Source: Octopus vulgaris (taxonomy: Eukaryota). Taken from it: 64,000 nt of DNA. The position numbers were made by a program, and so were the translations under genes. This document shows, piece by piece, positions 54,201-64,000 of this stretch (position 1 is the first letter of the stretch; each line of letters begins with the position of its first letter). The notes beneath the pieces were generated by a model. The model was given only the letters and a program-made list of their open reading frames with translations. It searched no databases and was not told the DNA's origin. The stretch is from the NCBI GenBank assembly GCA_951406725.2, contig OX597824.1:88846001-88910000 (forward strand), written 5' to 3'.

Positions 54201-55150
54201 ATACATACATCCTTCAAAAGTCGGAGCACTGCATCCTTCAAAACTTCCATGCTTCCTGAGATTCGCCAACACTACACCTGATTTTCTCCCCTCCATACAC
54301 ACGCAAGCATGTATCTGACTCATACACTGTTCACTTTCCAGACATTTGTACATTACTGCATATGCTTTATATGCACTTTTGACAAGTTGTGGTGCACCTG
54401 AGCACTGTATACAGTAATTTCATTATTATTATCATTATTATACATACATACATCCTTCAAAAGTCGGAGCACTGCATCCTTCAAAACTTCCATGCTTCCT
54501 GAGATTCATCAACACTACACCTGATTTTCTCCCCTCCATACACACGCAAGCATGTATCTGACTCATACACTGTTCACTTTCCAGACATTTGTACATTACT
54601 GCATATGCTTTATATGCACTTTTGACAAGTTGTGGTGCACCTGAGCACTGTATACAGTAATTTCATTATTATTATCATTATTATACATACATACATCCTT
54701 CAAAAGTCGGAGCACTGCATCCTTCAAAACTTCCATGCTTCCTGAGATTCGCCAACACTACACCTGATTTTCTCCCCTCCATACACACGCAAGCATGTAT
54801 CTGACTCATACACTGTTCACTTTCCAGACATTTGTACATTACTGCATATGCTTTATATGCACTTTTGACAAGTTGTGGTGCACCTGAGCACTGTATACAG
54901 TAATTTCATTATTATTATCATTATTATACATACATACATCCTTCAAAAGTCGGAGCACTGCATCCTTCAAAACTTCCATGCTTCCTGAGATTCGCCAACA
55001 CTACACCTGATTTTCTCCCCTCCATACACACGCAAGCATGTATCTGACTCATACACTGTTCACTTTCCAGACATTTGTACATTACTGCATATGCTTTATA
55101 TGCACTTTTGACAAGTTGTGGTGCACCTGAGCACTGTATACAATAATTTT
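53984..55150 (+). repeat. Tandem array, about 4.8 x 243 bp, of the CR1-like 3' end
   Basis: Unit starts at 53984, 54226, 54469, 54712 and 54955. Confidence 0.95.
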
Positions 55151-55515
55151 ATTATATATAATTATCTATCAAATCCCGTCGAAGTGGATAAGCTAAAAAT
55201 ACGAGTCAAGACCAAGAGTCGATGTAATCGACCGAAACCCATCTTCCTCTGAAATTGCTGGCCTTGTACCAATGTGTGTGAATACATATATACATGTATG
55301 TATGTATGTATGTATGTATGTATGTATGTATGTATGTATGTATGTATGTATGTATGTATGTATGTATGTATGTATGTATGAATGTATGTATGTATGTATG
55401 TATGTATGCATGTATGCATGTATGCATGCATGCATGCATATTTCATAATGTAACTAAATGTGAATCGTTGGCGATTTTTTCCCCTCCGACTTCCTTTTCT
55501 ATTGTACTTTCCTCT

Positions 55516-55550
55516 GTTTCTGAAGAAGAACTTTGCTCGAAACGTTAAAC
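55516..55550 (+). ncRNA. Minimal hammerhead motif in a Penelope-like remnant
   Basis: GUUU CUGAAGA A GAAC UUU GCUC GAAA CG UU^AAAC; one stem II mismatch. Confidence 0.5.
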
Positions 55551-55769
55551 CATCTTCCTTTCCTTCCCTGAGCGTCTGCTAATACTTTACATGTACCACG
55601 TCCTCACGTTGTTGTTTTCTTTTGTGTTTGTCTTCTTGGGGTTAAAAAAATCGCAGTAGAGTCCATTCGAACGGACAGCCATGTTGAAGTGGCTACGAAT
55701 ACTACTTGTCAGTACAACTATTGCCTGGATCTCTTGGAGAGATTTTAGAAGTAGCATTTTTGCTGCTAA

Positions 55770-56150
55770 CATATTGTGGGTTCTTATTTCTTTGTCCTCG
55801 GGGTTATCCTTCTGGCGGATTTCATTATAGAGTGTCCTAGCAACAACGTCATGTCTCATCGGTAGATAATATCGTGATGACATTATCGGACATCTGCTTA
55901 TGATAGGGGTGATATCTTCAGTGTGAACTCCACAAAGTCTGCATCGGTTGTCACATTTTACGGCTTTTCTTGCATCTCTATCCCTTTTGTGCATCAGGTA
56001 CTTGGTTGATATTTCCTGTTCCTGGATTGCAAACGCATACCCTTCAAACTGGGATGTAGCAATCCGGTTATTGGTCCATGATAAACTGCTTTGATGATCG
56101 ATGTTACTATCACCTCGGAGCTTTCTACTAACATATTCATGCACAGTCTT
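55770..56150 (-). mobile_element. RLE-type (Dong/R4-like) LINE fragment with CCHC region
   Basis: FAIQEQEISTKYL...CRLCGVHTEDITPIISRC...RHDVVA. Confidence 0.75.
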
Positions 56151-56636
56151 CTATATCTGTCTGTCTGTCTTTCCATCCATCCATCCATCTACACGAGGGG
56201 TTCTGGAAAGTTCCTGAAGAAAAATATGGGAGGATCAGTTAATTATGATTTTATTCAACATCTTCCCCTCTCAGATTCACACACATATTGTAGCAGTCCT
56301 TTAGTTTTTGTAAGCCCTGTCAAAGAACTCGGAAGGTTGGGCCTCCGACCATGCTTTTCATGACTCCCATAAAAGACAGAAACTATTCAACACTCTCACC
56401 TGTATAATACAACTTCATATTAGAAGAATGTAGAGTCTACATATTTATAAAGTAAGCGAAAATATAATTTAATGATGGTTTGTGATCCTATACATCAAGC
56501 TCTCCGCGGTGCTCCAGCATGACCACAGTCAAATGACTGAAACGAATAAAAGAATATATATATATATATATGAATTTTTTGCGTAATGGCATAAAAAACA
56601 AGGCTGTATAGATATTAGAGCATTTATAGATAGAAG

Positions 56637-56688
56637 GTCTTACAGCTGTTTCTAGGATATTTATTAATAATATCCCTTCATCAGAGAC
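56637..56688 (-). ncRNA. Type I hammerhead motif
   Basis: GUCU CUGAUGA AG GGAUAUU-loop-AAUAUCC UA GAAA CAGCUG UA^AGAC; non-canonical base of stem II. Confidence 0.5.
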
Positions 56689-56927
56689 GGTGTGAGAGGA
56701 TGGTTAAGTAATAATTTATTGAGATACGACACAAAATAGAGAGTGAGGTGGAGGAATGAAAATAGATGTGAGATATGTATGGGTATTGAGTTCATAAATC
56801 CGTTTTATAGGCATAATGGTATTTACGTGTAATATTCCAATATCCTTTGAGTAAAATCCAAAAGTCTAACAGATGTAAAGTTTATAAGCAATGCAAGATT
56901 CTCTTAAAGTTGGTCATTCCCAGGAGG

Positions 56928-56974
<47 letters not shown>

Positions 56975-56980
<6 letters not shown>

Positions 56981-57192
56981 TAGTTTTAGAGACAGAACCA
57001 CCCTCAACGCAAAAGATATTATACTCGCCCAAGCCATAAAATATTAAATATGATACCGTATCTATAATAGAAAGTATGGGATTCTGAATAGATATAGTTA
57101 AGTATCATATTTGATATTTGATGGGTCGGTCGGGTATAATATCTTTTGTTGATTGAGTTGAGGGTGGTACTGTCTCTAAAACTACTTTTATA
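56975..57192. repeat. Imperfect fold-back inverted repeat, Penelope-like
   Basis: aagtagttttagagacag...aaatatgatac and gtatcatattt...ctgtctctaaaactactt. Confidence 0.7.
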
Positions 57193-57293
57193 TGTATGAA
57201 TAAAATATTGAGAGAAGTTCCCTTTAGTACCTTTAATTTGAATGTCTCATTCCTGTGGATTCGGAATTAATCTTCCCTAATAATAATAATAAT

Positions 57294-57344
<51 letters not shown>

Positions 57345-57348
<4 letters not shown>

Positions 57349-57688
57349 TACCTGTTGTCATAGGTGCCCTGGGAATGATAGCAAAAGGAGCTGATTGCTA
57401 CCTAACTCAAATACCAGGAAACCCCAAAATGGCAGAAATTCAAAAGATAGTGCTCATGGGAACTGCTCATATCCTACGCAAAATACTTTCTATGTAATCT
57501 CAAGTTTTAAAACAAACTCATAATTTTCTTATGATTTCTTAAACATTCTCTAGAACAACACTATGTACAAAACCAAATATATGTCACCCTAGGCATAACA
57601 CCAAACATAAACTTTCAACTTGTTGTCTCTTGAGGTCTCTGGGTGAGACTTGGAGCCAACTTGTACAAATGTAAAGCAAAAGTCAAAC

Positions 57689-57690
<2 letters not shown>
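57345..57690 (+). mobile_element. Dong/R4-like 3' end inserted after (AAT)n
   Basis: IPVVIGALG...IQKIVLMGTAHILRKILSM*. Confidence 0.75.
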
Positions 57691-57740
<50 letters not shown>

Positions 57741-57747
<7 letters not shown>

Positions 57748-58044
57748 ATCACGTGACCGACCAGGCTATCAGATGTTGCTACACATCGCTGGTCACAATG
57801 CGCTTCGCATTGTTTTAGCCTTCAAATGACGCCACTCCACTGGCTAAGCGAGCAGGCCAACAGAAGAAAGAGAGAGAGAAAGTTGTGGCGAAAGAGTACA
57901 GCAGGGATCGTCACCACCCCCTGCCGGAGCCCCGTGGAGCTTTAGGTGTTTTCGCTCAATAAACACTCACAACGCTCGGTCTGGGAATCGAAACCGCGAT
58001 CCTACGACCGCGAGTCCGCTGCCCTAACCACTGGGCCATTGCAC

Positions 58045-58045
<1 letters not shown>
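57741..58045 (-). mobile_element. Family C SINE, alternative 3' half
   Basis: Same head as 28424-28809, different tail. Confidence 0.75.
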
Positions 58046-58089
<44 letters not shown>

Positions 58090-58091
<2 letters not shown>

Positions 58092-58503
58092 CTCTTTACT
58101 CTTTTACTCTTCTACTTGTTTCAGTTATTTGACTGCGGCCATGCTGGAGCACCGCCTTTAGTCGAGCAAATCGACCCCGGGACTTATTCTTTGTAAGCCC
58201 AGTACTTATTCTATCGGTCTCTTTTGCCGAACCGCTAAGTGACGGGGACGTAAACACACCAGTATCGGTTGTCAAGCAATGCTAGGGGAACAAACACAGA
58301 CACACAGACATATACACACATACTTATATATATATATATATATATACATATATACGACAGGCTTCTTTCAGTTTCCGTCTACCAAATCCACTCACAAGGC
58401 TTTGGTCGGCTCAAGGCTATAGCAGAAAAACACTTGCCCAAGGTGAACCCGGAACCATGTGGTTGGTTAGCAAGCTACTTACCACGCAGCCACTCCTGCG
58501 CCT
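58090..58503 (-). mobile_element. SINE family A
   Basis: Body match. Confidence 0.85.
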
Positions 58504-58905
58504 ATATGTATGTATAATTTATTAGAAAGCAGCAAAAATATCACAAAATCTGTTACTCAGAGTATCGCATTTCCGTTCGTCGGACAGTTTTGTTTAGAAT
58601 GGAGCAAGAAAAAGTTATGAGCAGAAGCACAATTACTTTGACAGATACACATTTAAAAATGGTTTTGTTTCATTGGTCCTTTCAGCTAACGGTATTTTCA
58701 ATAACCGGTTGCAGGAAATAACATAACATATTGCGGTTTCAAATCATATTATTATAAAAATCGAAGAAAATCTTAAATCAAAAATAGCTTATGAAGAAGG
58801 GGAAAAGGCCTGGATGCCCAGGGTAAATAATTAGCTGTGAAAATAATAATAAATTAATAAATTAAAAGATATATTCATTAAAAAAAACTTTTCACGCTAA
58901 ATTCC

Positions 58906-58960
<55 letters not shown>

Positions 58961-58998
58961 TTTATATATGTATATACAAGATTACAAATGTTCAACAA

Positions 58999-59053
<55 letters not shown>

Positions 59054-59082
59054 GTCTGTCTCTCTGTCTCTCTCTCTGTGTA

Positions 59083-59131
<49 letters not shown>

Positions 59132-59170
59132 TTACATGCATATGTATTTATAAATGTATCTAAATGTACC

Positions 59171-59215
<45 letters not shown>

Positions 59216-59396
59216 GCATACATAAATATGCACGTGTATACATGCATATAGGCATACAAACACATACACACACACTCACGCACACGCATACACACATACA
59301 CGTATATATAAGCATATATACATCGATGTTTATGTGCTTGGCTGTAAGGGTGTTTGTATATTAGTATGTACACACACACACATACTCACACATATA

Positions 59397-59447
<51 letters not shown>

Positions 59448-59899
59448 GTATAAAGGTATATAATACCAGCCGCAGCAATGGCCGCCAATTGAATATCGAA
59501 AATAGAGTGGCAAATGTGTAAACATAGAGATATATATGGAAGCGGACATTAGACAAAAGTCAACAACCAATGCAAGCAAGACGCATACAGTAAGATATCA
59601 GACATCTTTATAATATAGATTTTCTGGTAAATATTTGACTAAAATCAACAGTAATTATAACGAAAAAACTTGCACGGGATTGGAATATCTAGAAACAACG
59701 AACGAGCAGGAGAGATAATTCTAGTACAATTCAATAAAAAAAGTTAGAAAAGTCCAGAAGTTGTACTATAAGAGTAAGTTGAAATTTTCGTAGTCAACTT
59801 TAGTAAAAGAATGGATGTGTTTCGGGCCTATTAAACCTCTTCAGCGAGGTCTACTTTGCAATCTAAGTATATGTATATGTGTGCGTGTGTGTATGTATG

Positions 59900-59952
<53 letters not shown>

Positions 59953-60096
59953 GTGTATGTGTGTGTGTCTGGGAAAAGGATCGTGGCCTAGTGGTTAGGG
60001 CATTGCAATCACGATCCTATAATCGGGGCTTCGATTCCCAGCCTACCCAGCTGTAACTCTACCTACCTACCTACCTACCTACCTACCTATATGTAA

Positions 60097-60141
<45 letters not shown>

Positions 60142-60346
60142 TATATATGCATGTATATATATATATGTATATATATGCGTGCATATATATAGGTACATAT
60201 ATAACTATGTATACATACACGTATTTATATATATGTATAAATATACATACATACATACGTACGTACATACATACATACACATACATACATACATACATAT
60301 ATACACAGACACTATGTAAAATCTTTTTCGTGATTTATGAACTCAC

Positions 60347-60367
60347 CATATTACGTATTTGACACAT
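60347..60367 (-). CDS. Putative coding end of exon 1 of an unidentified minus-strand gene (MCQIRNM); the exon probably extends as 5'UTR to ~60740
   Basis: Strong donor ATG|gtgagt (60346-60341). In-frame TAA upstream. The phase-0 end joins in frame to the 32128 exon. Lies just downstream of a promoter-like motif cluster. Confidence 0.4.
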
Positions 60368-60714
60368 TTCCGGACTGGTATTTCGTTGGCTGAATATCTC
60401 GCTGAGGTACTTTGTGTTAGCCGTAGTTTATAGCAAATATCACATGCAATAACGTCATTAAGAAAGAACAACAACAAAATAAAATTAAAAAAAAAAAATG
60501 GTCGTCTACATGACAAAACAAGATCAACACCTTTTATATAACATGGCACGATAACAAACAAGAAGCAACGGTACAACAAAACAGAACTACAACATGTCTA
60601 AAGCTGTCAAGTTTCCAAAGCCTTTTAGGCGTCTTCTGCCATTTGCATAGAGAAAGAAGCGAAATAAAATTAATATTATCTCCCTTGATATATTTTTACG
60701 TTTGTCTTATTTGA

Positions 60715-60830
60715 TTAACGCAGCCGCCATGTTGTCAGAACGCGAATAAAATGACGGAAGCGAGACATTTTATTTGAACAAGAATCAATAACGATTCTGC
60801 GATGGTGACGTGTAAACTGTTAATTCGTCA
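60715..60830 (-). promoter_or_regulatory. Candidate promoter/TSS region of the minus-strand gene
   Basis: CpG-retaining unique sequence with YY1-like CAACATGGCGGC on the minus strand (60723-60734), TGACGGAAG (CRE-half/ETS, 60752-60760) and GGTGACGTG (60804-60812), upstream of a strong donor. Confidence 0.4.
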
Positions 60831-61062
60831 TTGCTGTTGGATTTTATTAAGAAGTTATTGATTATCCTTCGTGAACTATTATGTCCGCAGATGTTTGTAT
60901 GTTTTTCTGGGTTTTATTTAAAAAAAGAAAAAAATTCTCACCATTAGGGAAAGAGCAAATCTCCAACCCGGAAATGGTTCCTCTATTGCAATTTAGGTAA
61001 CATATCCTTGATAGTCGTGTACACACACACACACAAATATATATATATATACGCACACACGG

Positions 61063-61154
<92 letters not shown>

Positions 61155-61189
61155 GTGTATGCATAGGTGTGTGTGTGTATGCATGTCGG

Positions 61190-61220
<31 letters not shown>

Positions 61221-61612
61221 ATGAATGTATGTATTTATGCATGCATACATGTACGTATGCTATATCAAACCACAGGATATCTCTGCAGATTTGAGCGAAA
61301 ATTGGGAAAGAAAACAGTAAATACCCTGGCTTAAGACACAATATCTTCAAAACAAGAAGGATCAGCCGGATTACACCTTCACACATGCACATACACACAC
61401 ATACACACACACACGCGCATACACGCAAGCTTGATTGACTGTCGATCGTATTAATGGCAATCCATAATATGCTCAGGGGTTTCCATCTCTTTGAACACAA
61501 CTATTGGATTCCATGTGTCAAGTTTCCTCTCCAATAGAATACTTTTTCTTCTCTCTCTCTGTATATATATACACATATATATGTCTATCTCTGCGCACGC
61601 GCACACACATGT

Positions 61613-61655
<43 letters not shown>

Positions 61656-61702
61656 TGAATGAAAGAATGGAGTCGAACGAAGATGTTAACAAAATTCCTT
61701 TA

Positions 61703-61784
61703 CTCTCGACATATGTTTCGAAGACAGCATATTTTAATTCCGAAGGAATAAAGGGTGCATTGTGCAATCTTCTCATCAGGAAAG
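61703..61784 (-). ncRNA. Intact-looking type I hammerhead ribozyme with extended stem II
   Basis: CUUUC CUGAUGA GAAGAU...GUCUUC GAAA CAUAUG UC^GAGAG. Confidence 0.7.
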
Positions 61785-62121
61785 ATAAGGAGCCTCTCTC
61801 AACCACAAGACGAACAAAAATTTCGTGGAAAAAATGGAGAGAGAACGAAAATACGGAGAGAGAAAAAACAGTCTGTCTTTCTGTGTGTATACACATACAT
61901 ACATACATACATACATACATACATACATACATAGTATCATTTTTATTTCTACAGATTTCGATTTCTACTGAATTGGTGTTTATCTGATTTTTTGTGTACA
62001 TCTTTTCTCTCTGACGTCATTTTAACATACATGCACAAATGCATACACACGTAGACGCATGCATATACGCATATAGACTTGCATGCACACATACATAAAT
62101 ACATGCACACACACACATATA

Positions 62122-63351
62122 CATGGTACGTAAGGTATTTGAGGAATACTTTTTTTGAGTCATTGCTGCATTTTTTTGCTAACACTATAATCATTATTTC
62201 CGAAAATAATAATGGCAGACTCTAAGCTTACTCAAGAAATGAAGAGGCATGCTGTTATTGTGGTTATAAATGCTGAGCATAGCGATTTAGAAATATCTCG
62301 ATTTTTAAAAGTTGCCAGATCTTTCGTCTACAAAGTTTGTAAGGAATTAGAGACTGAAGATGGAAACGTATCACCAGTATCAAAAGCATTCTAAACGCTC
62401 TGAAATTATCAGAACACCTGAATTTATCGAGCAAGTTCAACAAAGTATTGATTACAATCCCAGAAAGTCCATGAGGTCAATTGCAAAAGATCTCCATGTG
62501 TCAGAAGGAACAGTCAGAAATGTTGTCCACGAAGTTTATCAGATATAAGTCTTATATGATGAGGAAAGGTTAATTTGTCCGAAAATGCAAAAGAAAATCA
62601 CTACATCAAATCTAAAAGGCTCTTAAACAAACTGAAAAATCCAGCAAAAGATTTGATTTGGTTTTCTCAAACGAGAAAATCTTCGACCAAGATCAAAAAT
62701 TTAACAGAAGAAATGACAAACCCTGTTCAGACCCTTCTGAAGTTCCAAGTGTATGCATACAAAATTTCCTGCGACTGTGATGGTTTTAGGGCTTGACAGC
62801 AATGAAGGACATGTGATGCCTCCTTACTTCTTTCCACAAGGCCTTAGAGTTAACTCTGCCGACTGCATCGAGGTCCTGGAAATAATCGTTTAGCCCTGGA
62901 TAGACACTGTATGCAATGGAGGGCCATATGTGTTTCAGTAAGACTCTGTACTATCACACAAGGTTCTAGTAACACAGGAATGGATGGCTGAAAATTTTCC
63001 TGATCACATAACCCCTAACATTTGGCCTCCTAATTCCCCAGATCTCAATCCATTGGACTACTACATGTGGAGCGTTGTTGAGAGAGTGGTCAATGAACAC
63101 ACCCATATCACCAAAGATTCTTTGAGAGCTGACATAGTCAGAGTAATGTCCAAAATGAACCCGGACCACTTGATTCGAGTATGTAGATGATTTTAGATCT
63201 CATATAGCAGTTGTTGAAGCTGAAGGTGACTTTATTGAATAACATAGAAAAGGTTTATTTTTATCCTCATAGCATTTTTTGATAAAATTATTATCTGTTC
63301 TTATATATCTGTTTTATTATAAATCTGTCCTCAAATATCTTACGCACCTTG
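62122..63351 (+). pseudogene. Full-length decayed Tc1/mariner transposon (maT/DD37D-like transposase pseudogene)
   Basis: TA-flanked TIRs ca(t/a)ggt(a/g)cgtaag(g/a)tatttgagga; HTH region KSMRSIAKDLHVSEGTVR; WPPNSPDLNPLDYYMWS; multiple stops and frameshifts. Confidence 0.85.
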
Positions 63352-63500
63352 TATATATGCACTTCACCCATGCCTAATACCAATCCATGGGAAATAATTC
63401 TTCTCATTCTTTTTTGCTATATTCCATTCCGCATTCATTGTCATCACCGAATCTATTTACTCCCAGAATACAATAAAAAACCTATGCGTTTTCGGCCGTC

Positions 63501-63564
63501 AATGTCTGATGAGACGTCATTATCGTCTAATAGCAACATTCGATACGAAACCGACGGTAGCATT
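63501..63564 (+). ncRNA. Type I hammerhead motif with bulged stem II
   Basis: AAUGU CUGAUGA G...UAUCG-loop-CGAUAC GAAA CCGACGG UA^GCAUU. Confidence 0.55.
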
Positions 63565-63731
63565 CTGACCAGTATTAATTTACTTGATATGTATTTATAT
63601 GTATACACACACACATAATATGGATGTGTATATCCATTCTCAACTCGGAAAACCCATGTCCATGTTCGAGCCTAACGGTGCGTGCTCAAAAAGTGTATAC
63701 GCGTCGTTGTTTTCCTTGTTGCTGATTTGTA

Positions 63732-64000
63732 TACTCTTTTTCTCTCTTTTACTCTTTTACTTGTTTCAGTCATTTGACTGCGGCCATGCTGGAGCACCGC
63801 CTTTAGCCGAGCAAATCGACCCCGGGACTTATTCTTTGTAAGCCCAGTACTTATTCTAATGGGTTCTTTTGCCGAACCGCTAAGTGACGGGGATGTAAAC
63901 ACACCAGCATCGGTTGTCAAGCAATGCTAGGGGGACAAACACAGACACACAAACACAGACACACACACATATATATATATATACATACATATATACGACA
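63732..64000 (-). mobile_element. SINE family A (runs off the window)
   Basis: Tail and centre match. Confidence 0.85.

Overview
AT-rich, repeat-dense animal genomic DNA. It is most likely octopus, inferred from the SINE families and the very abundant (TA)n/(TG)n/(AAT)n microsatellites. Almost all ORFs in the supplied track are artefacts of microsatellites, SINEs or decayed transposons. Reading splice signals by eye suggests the window is mostly two ~28-kb introns of one minus-strand gene. It has a candidate promoter and first exon at ~60.35-60.8 kb and phase-compatible exons at 32031-32128 and 4597-4672. The spliced frame reads MCQIRNMTIMSRLYDNQPLQNLAVKTYSWGKLWNPTPYKSGCGVIVEGTIQGRSRLAITDIDKNK...; I do not recognise the protein. 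The introns hold at least 3 tRNA-SINE families, RTE, CR1-group and Dong/R4 LINE fragments, Tc1/mariner, pogo-like and Merlin-like DNA elements, Helitrons, and many Penelope-like fold-back remnants with hammerhead ribozyme (HHR) motifs. The most unusual item is a tRNA-headed, HHR-tailed short retroelement inserted as a head-to-head palindrome (26777-27299). All calls are by-eye with no database searches, and repeat boundaries are approximate.
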